Shown here: positions 33,651 through 44,190 of the stretch, one piece after another | Numbering within the stretch: position 1 is the stretch's first letter | Layout: each line of letters begins with the position of its first letter | Source: Endomicrobiales bacterium | Lineage (GTDB): Bacteria > Elusimicrobiota > Endomicrobiia > Endomicrobiales > CAWCFT01 | Assembly (NCBI GenBank): GCA_963794945.1 | Contig: CAWCFT010000011.1 | Coordinates: 1 to 64,000, forward strand | Direction: 5' to 3' | Length of the DNA: 64,000 nt | Position numbers and translations under genes: made by a program | The notes under the pieces: generated by a model | Database searches by the model: none | Told to the model about the DNA's origin: nothing | What the model saw: the letters and a program-made list of their open reading frames with translations, nothing else

Positions 33651-34166
33651 TCATATTTTGTCCGCGTCCTTGTGAATGCTCTCTACTGCCCGCTTGAGTA
33701 TTTTCTGTTTTTCTTCTTCGGTAAAAAGCTTCCCTATTACCTCGGTCAACAGCTTCTGCGACAGGTCGAGCGACATGTTCTTGACTTCTTTCTCAACCTT
33801 TTTCATCTCGGCCTGGGCCTGTACCTTGGCCTCGGCCACCATGCGCTCGGACTCGGCCTTGGATTTGGCGGCGAATTCCTGCCGCATATCCTCGGCCATC
33901 TTTTTGGTGTTTTCTATGATCGCGTTCGCCTCGGTCTTAGTTTCCTTGAGCATAGCTTCTCTGTCGATCTTGGCATTATCAAGCGCTTCCTTAGCCTTCT
34001 CGGCGTTCTCAAGGCCCGCCTTTATCTTATCTTCCCTTTCCTTGAATATAGCCAGGATGGGCTTATAGAGAAAGCGTTTGAAGACCCAAGCCAGTATCAG
34101 GAAATTTATGATTTGGGCTATGAACAGCTTCAGGTCAAAACCGAACTGATGTAGTATTTCCATCAT
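33651..34166 (-). CDS. atpF: ATP synthase subunit b
   Basis: FIAQIINFLIL..KRFLYKPI followed by coiled coil. Confidence 0.95.
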   Translation of the reverse strand: MMEILHQFGFDLKLFIAQIINFLILAWVFKRFLYKPILAIFKEREDKIKAGLENAEKAKEALDNAKIDREAMLKETKTEANAIIENTKKMAEDMRQEFAAKSKAESERMVAEAKVQAQAEMKKVEKEVKNMSLDLSQKLLTEVIGKLFTEEEKQKILKRAVESIHKDADKI

Positions 34167-34218
34167 AATGTATTTCCAATATTACCTTTATTTTTTATTA
34201 TCGCAGAATCTAACTGCT

Positions 34219-34249
34219 GGATCCCCGACAGGATCATTCGGGGATGACA
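34219..34249. repeat. Half REP-like palindrome ending GGGGATGACA
   Basis: atccccga...tcggggatgaca; a similar half element lies at 47607-47663. Confidence 0.55.
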
Positions 34250-34279
34250 TCGTTGATCACGCGTTGCGGGACGCCGATG

Positions 34280-34606
<327 letters not shown>

Positions 34607-34611
34607 TTATT

Positions 34612-35334
34612 TTAGTGAGCTTCTCCGTGCGTCTCTGTGAATATGCTCATGAAAGCCATTGTCAGCGCCGCAAATATCAGCGCCTGCACCGAGGCTACTA
34701 TTATCTCCAGCACCAGGAAAGGCAAAGGGACGACGTACGACATAATTGAAGAAACTTTACCCAGCACCATCTCGCCCGCGAAAATGTTCCCGAAAAGCCT
34801 GAACGAAAAAGAAATAAGTTTTGTAACCTCAGCAACAAGCTCAAGCAGCCCTACGAAAAGCAGTATCGGGCTAAGCGAGAAGAAGCGTTTAAGGTAGCCC
34901 TTCACACCGGTAAACTTTATGCTCAGCGCGTGCGTCGCCACAACCGATATCACGGCAAGAGCCAGTGTAGTATTGAGGTCACTCGACGGGATCCTGAAAA
35001 ACGGTATCATCTCTGCGCCCTCTCTAAAGCTCAGAAGCCCGTACCCCGGCAGGAGGCCGAGTATGTTCGCGGTAAAGATGAAAAGGAAAAAGCTCATGAA
35101 CCATGGGAATATGCTCGGAGCGCGCGAGCCCGCGATGTCTTTTGTGGTCGAGAAGAAATATTCTATGAGCATCTCGAAGGTACTCTGGAGTTTTCCAGGT
35201 ATCAGTGATATGCTTTTATAAACAAGAAAGACCAGCGCCAGTATCACGGCATCCGTAAGAAGTGTGCCGGTGACCGTGTCGGTTATTCTGAAACCGAAAA
35301 GAGAAAATAGTTTTTCTGATCCAAGTGGTATCAT
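34612..35334 (-). CDS. atpB: ATP synthase subunit a
   Basis: SFSFRLFGNIFAGE, VQALIF. Confidence 0.96.
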   Translation of the reverse strand: MIPLGSEKLFSLFGFRITDTVTGTLLTDAVILALVFLVYKSISLIPGKLQSTFEMLIEYFFSTTKDIAGSRAPSIFPWFMSFFLFIFTANILGLLPGYGLLSFREGAEMIPFFRIPSSDLNTTLALAVISVVATHALSIKFTGVKGYLKRFFSLSPILLFVGLLELVAEVTKLISFSFRLFGNIFAGEMVLGKVSSIMSYVVPLPFLVLEIIVASVQALIFAALTMAFMSIFTETHGEAH

Positions 35335-35461
35335 TTATATCCAAAACAGTTCAAACGAATTATATATACAAGTAAACCGCGGGGCTAAAGGGAAACCATG
35401 CGGAGCTTAAAGTTTATTCTTTTTAACAAATATTACAGCGGTGTGTCAAATTCTCAAACAC

Positions 35462-36589
35462 TTAACCGGCCGCCTGTTTCGTTTCCACAAGCCCGACAAA
35501 AAATTCTGCGAGTGTGTTAAGCACCGTCTTAAGCGTCTTGGGTTTGAGTTTTGAAAGTTTTTCCCATATAAGGGGCACGAATGAAAGCGACAGGGATGTT
35601 ATCCTTGGTATCCTGTCAACTGAAAAACGAAAGTATTTTAACGGGGAGAGCATCCACGCCAGCTCCTGCGACAGTTTGGACGGGTCGGTGACCCCTATCC
35701 AGGCGCTGATCAATATCAGAAAAAGGATCCTCAGCGCGAACAAGGCCCCTTCAAGAATGCCGCTGTAAGTGACCTTGAATATCCACCACTCCAAAATTGG
35801 GGCGCCGTGCGTGGAAAATACAGCCGGCAGCACAAAGCTGAACACGACTATACCCCACAGGCTTAAAACCCTTGACCCCGCCGCCTTCTTGTTATCGCCA
35901 TAAACAAAGATCAAGACAAGCACGATAAGTATCAGCGCCAGGTAAGCGTAGACAGATTCTAACACTATCGTGCTGAGCACAAGCACGAAAGCCCCCGATA
36001 TTTTCAGTTTGTCGCTCGCGCGCAGGTCGACATGGTATTTGGCGTCTTCGGGGCCGTTAAAAGACGGGAAGCTGTTCAACTGCTCGTGTTCTATCCTGTC
36101 GAGCACGTATTTGGTCGACCATCCGGCCAGATACCCGCCTATCACCGCCAACAGCACCATGATCGGCGCAAAAACCAGTACAGCCCTATGATGAAAGAGC
36201 CAAAAATATGCCAGGGCGATCTCAGCGACATTATGCACCACCGCGCCTATAATGCTTATCGTTATAATGGAAATAGAGCTTGTATCCCTCACCACGTAAT
36301 ATATGGCCGCCATCACCATAAAGCTTGTTACGGAGCCTGTAAAACTAAGGAACAGCACCGGCGAAAGGAACGTGCCGTTCATGAGGCTTGTTATTATGGG
36401 CCGGAAGATAGCCACCTCAAAACCCGCGGGAGCCCCGAATAGAACTATGCCAAGAAGGGTGGCAATATTGGCAAGCCCTACTCTCAACCCCGGTATAGGC
36501 ACCGGGAAGGGAACGAATGTTTCCGCCAGCTGAAGCGCGGTCCCGCATGCTATAAGGAATGATATTTGGGCTATGTTATATTTTCTCAA
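35462..36589 (-). CDS. Gx-transporter (Hep-synthase component I-like) domain fused to an EcfT/CbiQ-like domain
   Basis: N-terminal P.PIPGLRVGLANI and GAVVHN; C-terminal ASDKLK, LFALRI, L..LSPLK...VDRI....SLSLSFVP. Confidence 0.7.
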   Translation of the reverse strand: MRKYNIAQISFLIACGTALQLAETFVPFPVPIPGLRVGLANIATLLGIVLFGAPAGFEVAIFRPIITSLMNGTFLSPVLFLSFTGSVTSFMVMAAIYYVVRDTSSISIITISIIGAVVHNVAEIALAYFWLFHHRAVLVFAPIMVLLAVIGGYLAGWSTKYVLDRIEHEQLNSFPSFNGPEDAKYHVDLRASDKLKISGAFVLVLSTIVLESVYAYLALILIVLVLIFVYGDNKKAAGSRVLSLWGIVVFSFVLPAVFSTHGAPILEWWIFKVTYSGILEGALFALRILFLILISAWIGVTDPSKLSQELAWMLSPLKYFRFSVDRIPRITSLSLSFVPLIWEKLSKLKPKTLKTVLNTLAEFFVGLVETKQAAG

Positions 36590-36614
36590 AAACTGTGCTC
36601 CGTTTATACGTTCA

Positions 36615-37241
36615 CTATTGTCTTGATATCAGGAACGAGAGGTTCTCGATCTCTATTGACATGTCAATATTCCTGACCTTGACGGGGCCGGCAAGCTTGA
36701 GGTTGATGGGCGCAAAGTTCAAAACAGCCTTAACACCGCACCTGACCGCCTCTTCCGCCATTCCTTGAGCGGCTTCTCTGGGCACAGTTAGTATAGCCAT
36801 GTCTATTTTTTTCTTTATCATGACCTGACACATTGTTTCTGTGCGAAATATCTCCACCCCGTTAATAATTTTACCCAGTTTGCCGGGGTCGGTATCGAAA
36901 GCGGCCACTATTTCGAACCCCTGTTCCTTGAAGCCTTTATAACCCAGGAGCGCCATTCCAAGGTTTCCCACACCCACCAGCGCGACATTCCATTTTCTAT
37001 CAAGTCCGAGTATTTTTCTTATCGACGCCTTGAGCCCTTCTATATTGTAGCCCCTGCCGGGACAGCCGAATTGCCCGAAACAGGCGAGGTCTTTGCGCAC
37101 CTGAGCCGCTGTATAACCAGATATATCGGAAAGTTCCCTGGAAGATATCAGGTCCCGCCCCGAACACTCGTAAAGTATCCTGTAGTAACGTGAGAGCCTG
37201 GGAATGACTTTTTGCGAAACTTTTTTTATTTCCTGTGTCAT
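36615..37241 (-). CDS. rex: Redox-sensing repressor Rex
   Basis: RLSRYYR, QVRKDL..FG.FG..GRGY, VGVGNLG, LNFAP. Confidence 0.96.
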   Translation of the reverse strand: MTQEIKKVSQKVIPRLSRYYRILYECSGRDLISSRELSDISGYTAAQVRKDLACFGQFGCPGRGYNIEGLKASIRKILGLDRKWNVALVGVGNLGMALLGYKGFKEQGFEIVAAFDTDPGKLGKIINGVEIFRTETMCQVMIKKKIDMAILTVPREAAQGMAEEAVRCGVKAVLNFAPINLKLAGPVKVRNIDMSIEIENLSFLISRQ

Positions 37242-37242
37242 T

Positions 37243-37890
37243 TCAGTAACCTAGATCCTCAGGCAGGAGAATAACGTGATAATCAGTGTAGGAAGGTTTT
37301 TTAAGAAGCGTTACCGATATGTTGCATATCCTGTCAGGTGACGAGCAATCAGAGCAAACACCTGTTTCGGCGCACGGGGTCTTGAGCTTAAGCCTTTTAG
37401 TGTTGACCGGTCCCGCTATGAACTCCACACGCTTTTTAGCCAGCTGCTCATCCGGAACGACCTTATTAAAACCGGCAATGGCTATTGCCTTTGCCGGGCC
37501 GAACATCATGCCGGCGGCCCTATTGCCGATCTTATCAACGAACAAAAGTTTTCCGTCAAGCGTCACCGCGTTGGGGCTGGCAATAAAAACATCCGCGGCG
37601 AGGCTTTGCCTGCGGACTTTCATCACTTCTTCTCTGGACATCCCCGGCCTTGGAATTATCAGTTCCGCTCCGCGTTTTTCCAGCGCTTCCTGTATGCCAA
37701 GAGCCAGCGCGGTCTGAGAACCGCCGAAGGCCACGCTTTCTCCGGCCTTCACGAGTTCCAGCAGCCTCGCGAGCGCCGCCTCAGCATTGTCTTCTACGTA
37801 AACTGAAAAATTATTTTTTTTAAGGCTCCGGGCGGCCGTCTCAATAACAGCCTTGCGGTGCCAGCTTATATTTTCGTCCATCGCTGTCAT
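37243..37890 (-). CDS. LUD-domain (lactate utilisation family) protein
   Basis: FGGSQT, NAVTLDG, GNR, TPC..TG.C.DC.SPDRIC, EDLGY. Confidence 0.85.
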   Translation of the reverse strand: MTAMDENISWHRKAVIETAARSLKKNNFSVYVEDNAEAALARLLELVKAGESVAFGGSQTALALGIQEALEKRGAELIIPRPGMSREEVMKVRRQSLAADVFIASPNAVTLDGKLLFVDKIGNRAAGMMFGPAKAIAIAGFNKVVPDEQLAKKRVEFIAGPVNTKRLKLKTPCAETGVCSDCSSPDRICNISVTLLKKPSYTDYHVILLPEDLGY

Positions 37891-37900
37891 CGCTCCGCTA

Positions 37901-38749
37901 TTACATCTTTTTCTTAAGTTTAGCTCCGCAGGATTCCCTTACGATAAGCTCGCCAAGAAGTTCGGCCTGGAGGTCCTTGTCGGCTTTGCCCTGCATTTGT
38001 TTTATAAGGAATTTAGCCGCGAGAAAACCCAGGTTGTCAAAAGACTGCCTGTACGTTGTAAGCGGCGTAAAAAATGTTGAAGCGAAATCCAGGTCGTCAA
38101 ACCCTACAACCGCGATGTCGTCCGGCACCCTTATCTTTTCGTCAGTCAGCGCCCTCATGACACCGACAGCCATGTAATCGTTAGTGCAGAACACGGCGGT
38201 AAAATTCATGTCCTTGTTGTGCGTGAGGTAAGTCTTCATCCTTTCGTAAGAAAGGGAAACGCTGAAATCACAGTTTATGACCATTTTGGGGTCAAATTCA
38301 ATCCCGTTCTTTTCAAGCGCCTGCCTGAAACCTTTCAGGCGGTCAATGCTGTTCTGGCTGTCAGGAAAACCGTTCACAAGCACTATCTTCTTATGCCCGA
38401 GGCTTATGAGGTATTCCGTCATAGTGGCCGCGCCGAGTACATTATCGGTATCCACCCAGGCAATACGCGGAGAACGACAATTAATAAGAACAGCCGGAAT
38501 GTTGGATTCCTCAAGCTCCACAATGGCTGTACTGTGTATATGCGGGGCTATAGCCAGCAGTCCGCTGTTATCCATCGTATGCGCAGAAACATTTTCAGGA
38601 AGGTTTCCGTCCTGCTGGGCCATGACGAGCGTGTATCCTGCCCCTGCCAGCGCGGAATCGATACCTGATCTAATTTTACGGTAATAATATGACTCCAGAA
38701 AGTGCTTTTCCGGCCTGTTGAGCAAAATAACAGTGTTTTTCAATGTCAT
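37901..38749 (-). CDS. LacI-family effector-binding domain without an HTH
   Basis: VDTDN..GA...TEYL..LGH, DRLKGF, VPDDIAVVGFDD, PLTT, ELIVRESC; GGAGG RBS and no N-terminal HTH. Confidence 0.85.
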   Translation of the reverse strand: MTLKNTVILLNRPEKHFLESYYYRKIRSGIDSALAGAGYTLVMAQQDGNLPENVSAHTMDNSGLLAIAPHIHSTAIVELEESNIPAVLINCRSPRIAWVDTDNVLGAATMTEYLISLGHKKIVLVNGFPDSQNSIDRLKGFRQALEKNGIEFDPKMVINCDFSVSLSYERMKTYLTHNKDMNFTAVFCTNDYMAVGVMRALTDEKIRVPDDIAVVGFDDLDFASTFFTPLTTYRQSFDNLGFLAAKFLIKQMQGKADKDLQAELLGELIVRESCGAKLKKKM

Positions 38750-38919
38750 CCTTTGGTCCTCCTGATATTAGAAAAACGGCCAAAACATGCTCTAACGTGT
38801 AAAACCTTTACCAGTGCTCCGGATCCCAAAATTCAGCTTACTAAGAATTATATAATATTTTATCTGAAATTACACGTTTATTTAACTATTTTCACATCAA
38901 CAGCGCGAGCTGCATGATG

Positions 38920-39543
38920 TCAAACATACTCGGTTATGTCAGCCAGATTTTTGCGGGGTAAAGCCTGAGGAACGTGCCCCCCCGGCCTGCCTAGCGGGAT
39001 GAGAGCCATAAGTTCATCCGGGGCCGATATTCCGAGCACCCGCTCCAGTTTTTCCCTTGCTATAAGCGGCCCCGTCATCCAGCAGGCGCCGTAGCCGAGC
39101 ACATGCGCCATGAGAATAAGGTTCTCAATTGCCGCCGAAGGCCCCTGCACATCCGCAGATGTCTTTGAAACTTGTATATTGTACCGCTTCATTATTTTCT
39201 GCGTTATGGAAACATAAGGCTTTTTTATTACAGCGATGACAACCGGCGCCTCGTTGAAAAAAGTAAAATTCAACGAGTACGTTTTAAAAACGTTCTTTGC
39301 CTCCGCGAGGCTTATCTTTTCGCTGACCTCGGCTAGCTCGGACTCCACTGCGTCTTTCATAGACTTTTTGATCTCATTTGATGTGGCTATGACAAACTCC
39401 CAGTTCTGCATATTCGTCCCGGAGGGCGCCCATGAAGCCGCTGTTATTATCTTTTCAATATCGCCCGCGGGGACCGGATCAGGCAGGAATTTCCTGATGC
39501 TCCGCCTGGACTTCAATATTTCAAGGAATTCTCCGGCATTCAT
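38920..39543 (-). CDS. Nitroreductase family protein
   Basis: RRSIRKF, WAPSGTN.QNWEF, LGYGACW. Confidence 0.92.
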   Translation of the reverse strand: MNAGEFLEILKSRRSIRKFLPDPVPAGDIEKIITAASWAPSGTNMQNWEFVIATSNEIKKSMKDAVESELAEVSEKISLAEAKNVFKTYSLNFTFFNEAPVVIAVIKKPYVSITQKIMKRYNIQVSKTSADVQGPSAAIENLILMAHVLGYGACWMTGPLIAREKLERVLGISAPDELMALIPLGRPGGHVPQALPRKNLADITEYV

Positions 39544-40496
39544 TTTTTCCTCACGCTGATTATGTCGCCTGCAATGATCTTTGCCAGTTTGTTCCCTCCG
39601 GTTTTAACCCAGAGGTAGCCGTCACTATCAACTTTTTGAGCTATCCCTTCTATGATGCCGTCCCCGCCGTCAATTTTGACGGCCGCGCTGTTCAGCAGCG
39701 ACTTGCTGTTGTATTCGTTCTGGAACCCGGCAAAACCTTTTTCCAGGAAAACATCGTACAGGCCGTAAAACTCGGAAATGACATCGGCCAGAAATTCCGC
39801 CCTGTTGACTTTGCCGCCGGTCGCCTCCGCAAGGCTTACCGCTGTTTGCCTGAGCTCCTCAGGGATCACGTTGTTCACGTTTATGCCTATGCCTATCACA
39901 ACCCAGTTAAGCTTGCCCACCTCGGCTGATATCTCAGTAAGAATGCCGGAGAATTTTTTCTCATCAAGCGTCACGTCGTTCGGCCACTTAATAAGAGGCG
40001 ACAGGCCGAACGCCACTTCAACGGCCCTGCACACGGCAAGCGAAGCGGCGAAAGTTATCTGCAATATCTTGTCAGGCTGAATTTCAGGCTTTAAAATAAG
40101 CGAGAACCAGAGGCCGCCTTCCGGAGATGCCCATTGCCTGCGGCGCTTTCCGTACGACCCGGTTTGCCGCTCAGCGATGACAATAGCCGGCATATCCGCA
40201 TTTTTCTCCGCTATAGTTTTTGCCTCGTCCTGCGTTGAACCGGCAACCGGCAGATAGAATATATTGTGCTTTTGTATGCCGTCTTTCTTGAAGTAATATT
40301 TTAGTTCTTCGGGTGTAACGATGTCAGGCCTGGAAAGCAGAATGTAGCCCGATCTGTTTGTGCCGGTGATGCCGTACCCGGCGTTCCTGAGCTTCTGTAT
40401 CTGTTTGTGCACCCCGGCGCGGGAAATTTTCAAGAGACGGGCTATCTCTTCACCGGACACGAACTCGCTGGGTTTTAGTATCTCAAGTATATGCAT
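39540..40496 (-). CDS. birA: Bifunctional biotin ligase/repressor
   Basis: wHTH (SGEEIA..L.ISR..V.K.I), KWPND, K.SGIL.E, IGIGIN. Confidence 0.93.
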   Translation of the reverse strand: MHILEILKPSEFVSGEEIARLLKISRAGVHKQIQKLRNAGYGITGTNRSGYILLSRPDIVTPEELKYYFKKDGIQKHNIFYLPVAGSTQDEAKTIAEKNADMPAIVIAERQTGSYGKRRRQWASPEGGLWFSLILKPEIQPDKILQITFAASLAVCRAVEVAFGLSPLIKWPNDVTLDEKKFSGILTEISAEVGKLNWVVIGIGINVNNVIPEELRQTAVSLAEATGGKVNRAEFLADVISEFYGLYDVFLEKGFAGFQNEYNSKSLLNSAAVKIDGGDGIIEGIAQKVDSDGYLWVKTGGNKLAKIIAGDIISVRKK

Positions 40497-40508
40497 ATGG
40501 TTACTTCA

Positions 40509-40578
40509 GCGTTAAGGGATAAGTGGTAAGCGTAAGTGTTAAAATCTCAACTATTTTTTGCTGCATGTTATTTACTGC
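40509..40578. repeat. Degenerate heptamer repeat between nadC and birA
   Basis: gcgttaa/gggataa/gtggtaa/gcgtaa/gtgttaa; the partner arm is weak. Confidence 0.55.
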
Positions 40579-41422
40579 GTTTGATCTCTAAACTAATATC
40601 AAGCGCCGGGGCGGAATGGGTGAGCGCCCCAACGGAGATGCGGTCGCATCCGGTTTTTGCATATTTTGCCACGGTAAGAAGGTTTATGCCTCCGGATATT
40701 TCTATCTCAGGTGACCTTTTTGAATGGGGGCCCTTATATTTCCTAACTTTCGTTACAGCTTTTTTTACATCAGACACGCTCATATTATCCAGCATTATAA
40801 TATCAGCGCCGGCGGCCAGGGCGTCATCTACTTGGCTAAGGGTATCACACTCAACTTCTATTTTGAGCGACGGGCGGTTCTTCCTTATTTTTTTAACCGC
40901 ATCTCCTATATCACGCACAGCGCTTATGTGGTTATCTTTAATAAGGGCCATGTCCGAGAGGTTCATCCTGTGGTTATAGCCGCCCCCGCAGGTAACCGCG
41001 TATTTTTCGATCGAACGCAGGCCTGGAAGCGTCTTTCGCGTGTCATATATTTTCGCGCCCGTGCCCCGGGTCTTTTCAACGAACTTATGGGTCAGAGTGG
41101 CAACACCGGAGAGGTGCTGTAAAAAGTTCAGCGCTGTGCGTTCGCCGGCCAATATGTCCTTCGCAGGCCCCGCCACCCTGGCGATAATTTTCCCCTTAGC
41201 AACCTTTGTTCCATCAGCCACAAAAGCTTTGGTGCAGCTTTTTGTATCAAGCATCTTGAACACTTCTTTGACTATTTCGACACCGCAAATAACACCGCTA
41301 TCTTTCGCCACCAGGTCTGCTGTAATGAATTTCTTTTCCGGGATAGTCGCCCTCGACGTAACGTCGTGCCACGCATAGTCTTCCTTTAAAGCAAGCCGTA
41401 TGATGTTCTTGATCTGTTCCAT
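40568..41422 (-). CDS. nadC: Quinolinate phosphoribosyltransferase
   Basis: ERTALN, DTRKTLPG, HRMNLSD..LIKDNH, IMLDN. Confidence 0.97.
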   Translation of the reverse strand: MEQIKNIIRLALKEDYAWHDVTSRATIPEKKFITADLVAKDSGVICGVEIVKEVFKMLDTKSCTKAFVADGTKVAKGKIIARVAGPAKDILAGERTALNFLQHLSGVATLTHKFVEKTRGTGAKIYDTRKTLPGLRSIEKYAVTCGGGYNHRMNLSDMALIKDNHISAVRDIGDAVKKIRKNRPSLKIEVECDTLSQVDDALAAGADIIMLDNMSVSDVKKAVTKVRKYKGPHSKRSPEIEISGGINLLTVAKYAKTGCDRISVGALTHSAPALDISLEIKRSK

Positions 41423-41452
41423 AGTTTTTTATGAGCCTTTTGATGCGTTATT

Positions 41453-41809
41453 TTATTCAGCTTTTCGGCTGCGCCCGTCGATAATTTTCTTTATTGTGCC
41501 GAGTTCAATAGGCTTCATGAAATAACCGTTGGCGTGCAGTTCCTGAACTTTTTCGTATTCCTTGCTCGAGCCCGTAATAAAATATATATTCGCTTCCTTG
41601 TCAAAGCTCTTTATTGCCTTAAAGACCTCGTCGCCTTTGATGTTTGGAAGCAATATGTCCAGCAAAACCATGTCAGGCCTTTGCGCTTTATATAGATCTA
41701 TAGCCCTGGCCCCATTCTCTGCGCCCATAGGCGCGTGTCCTAACCTCGTCAGGAACCTCACAATGCTGTCTTTTACAAACGATTCATCGTCGACAACCAA
41801 TACTTTCAT
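41453..41809 (-). CDS. Single-domain response regulator
   Basis: VLVVDDE, LLDILLP, KP. Confidence 0.9.
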   Translation of the reverse strand: MKVLVVDDESFVKDSIVRFLTRLGHAPMGAENGARAIDLYKAQRPDMVLLDILLPNIKGDEVFKAIKSFDKEANIYFITGSSKEYEKVQELHANGYFMKPIELGTIKKIIDGRSRKAE

Positions 41810-41906
41810 AAGGCACCCCCATGGTATCCTTGTTAACTAGCATAAATCGAATTATTCACGCATTATTTTCAGCCTTTAAGAACCTTGTCAGGCCGGGTTT
41901 ATTATA

Positions 41907-43932
41907 TCATTTCCTTTTTGATTTTCCCACTTTCATCTCTTTTAAAATTATTACCCTGTCCCTTAGAACAGCCGCGGTTTCGAAGTCGAGGTTATCCGCG
42001 GCGTTCCTCATCTGTGTTTCAAGGTCCCTGATGACATTGTCAAGGTTGCCTTTGGTCACATACTCTCCTGCGTCTTCTTTGACCATATATTTCAGCCCTT
42101 CCTCTTTCGCCTTATACTGGAACTCATCAAAGTCGTGGATGGCTTTTATGATGGTCTTGGGGGTAATGTTGTTTATTTTGTTGTACTCCAGCTGCTTAAT
42201 CCTGCGCCGGTTCATCTCGGATATCGCCCTGTTCATGGAACCCGTCATTTTGTCGGCGTAGAGTATTACCCTGCCTTCAATGTTGCGCGTTGCCCGGCCG
42301 CATATCTGTATGAGCGTCGTTTCAGATCGCAGAAAACCTTCCTTGTCGGCGTCTAGCACAGCGACGAGCGCCACTTCAGGAAGGTCGAGGCCTTCCCTCA
42401 GGAGGTTTATTCCAACCAGCACATCAAACTTGCCCTGCCTCAGGTGCTTTAGTATCTCTATTCTCTTAAGCGAATCGATATCCGAATGGAGGTACTGCAC
42501 TTTGAATTTCTTTTCTTCCAGATAGGCAGACAGGTCCTCGGAAGTCCTTTTTGTAAGCGTCGTTACAAGCACGCGCTCTTTCTTTTCCACGCAGGCCGTT
42601 ATTTCTTTTATAAGGTCGTTTATCTGGTTATCAATGGGGCGTATCTCAACGGCAGGGTCTATCAGGCCCGTCGGGCGGATAACAAGGTCAACAACCTCGC
42701 CCTTTGTTCTTCCAAGTTCATAGGGCCCGGGCGTTGCCGAAACAAATATTGTCTGGCCCGTCAGCCCCTCGAACTCAGGAAATTTCAGCGGCCTGTTATC
42801 CAGCGCCGAAGGAAGCCGGAAACCAAAATCAACCAGCGTTCTGCTTCCTGCTCCTGTCGCCCGCGTACATGCCGCCTATCTGCGGTACGGTTATGTGAGA
42901 CTCGTCAATTATGGTCAGGAAATCGCCTGCTATATCGGGCGAGGCGAAAAAGTAATCTATAAGGCAGGCGGGCCTTGAACCGGCCGGCCGGCCTGAAAGT
43001 ATTCTGGAATAGTTCTCTATACCGTGACAGAACCCTGTCTCCCTGAGCATCTCGATATCGTAATTCGTACGCTGTTTTATCCTCTGGGCTTCGAGAAGTT
43101 TATCCTGTTTTTTAAGTTCATCAAGCCGCACTTCCAGCTCGGACTCGATATTAGTTATCGCCGCCTCAAGCTCGGGCCTTGTAATAACAAAGTGGCGGGC
43201 GGGATAAATGTAAGCCCTTTCCTTTTCGGCCAGCACGTCTCCCGTCAAAGGGTTAAATTCCCTTATGCGCTCAATGCGGTCGCCGAAAAGCTCCACCCTT
43301 ACTGCCGTCTCAAGGTAGGCCGGAAATATCTCTACGGTGTCCCCGCGCACCCGGAACTTGCCCCGCAGGAACTCGATATCGTTTCGCTCGTAATGAATAG
43401 CGACAAGGCCGGCAAGCAGGCCGTGAAGGTTGGTGGTAGAATTTTTTTCTATGCGTACGCACTGCTTGAGGTATTCCCCGGGCGAGCCAAGGTTATAAAT
43501 GCAGGACACTGAAGCCACAACAATAACATCCCTCCTTTCTAGAAGCGAGGTTGTGGCTTTGAGCCTTAGTCGGTCTATGTGGTCGTTTATAGATGAGTCT
43601 TTCTCGATGTAGGTATCTGTCGAAGGGATGTAGGCCTCGGGCTGGTAGTAGTCGTAATAAGAGATAAAATATTCAACAGCGTTCTCCGGAAAAAAAGTCT
43701 TGAACTCCGCGTAAAGCTGGGCCGCGAGTATTTTGTTTGGAGAAATAATAAGCGCCGGTTTCTGCACCCTTTCAATAAGGTTTGCCGCCACAAAAGTCTT
43801 GCCCGAGCCTGTTACTCCAAGCAGTACCTGGTTCTTTTTGCCTTCAACCACGCCGCGGGTTAGCTCATCAATAGCTTCGGGCTGGTCGCCGGCCGGCTTA
43901 AAACTGGAAACTATCTTGAATTTTTTGTCCAT
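41907..43932 (-). CDS. uvrB: Excinuclease ABC subunit B (frameshifted near 42840)
   Basis: [37 protein letters not shown]-terminus. Confidence 0.97.
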
Positions 43933-44028
43933 TGTTTTTTCCTGTCTTTACACGACGCTTTTTTGCTAATTTCCGCTTAGCCCGCCTGCCGGATCTTCGG
44001 CTTGCTGGGCGGTTATCTTGGTTTGGTT

Positions 44029-44145
44029 GCCTTTGCGAGAGAAGCAGCTTGTCCGCCTGGGTGTAGTGGCGGGAAGCAATCTCAAAACGATTTTGAAAGC
44101 AAACATCTAGATCGCCACGGTCATCTGCGATGACCTCGCGAAGAC
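44029..44145. repeat. REP-like palindrome, same family as 17477
   Basis: gcctttgcgag...gaagcaatct...agatcgccacg...ctcgcgaagac. Confidence 0.75.
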
Positions 44146-44190
44146 AATCAATTGATACTAAATTTAACAATCTCCCTAATGCCAGGAAAC

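Noticed and set aside
35400..38900. Rex operators upstream of atpB or the LacI-like gene
   Set aside because: Best matches to TTGTGAA-N4-TTCACAA have too many mismatches for AT-rich DNA.
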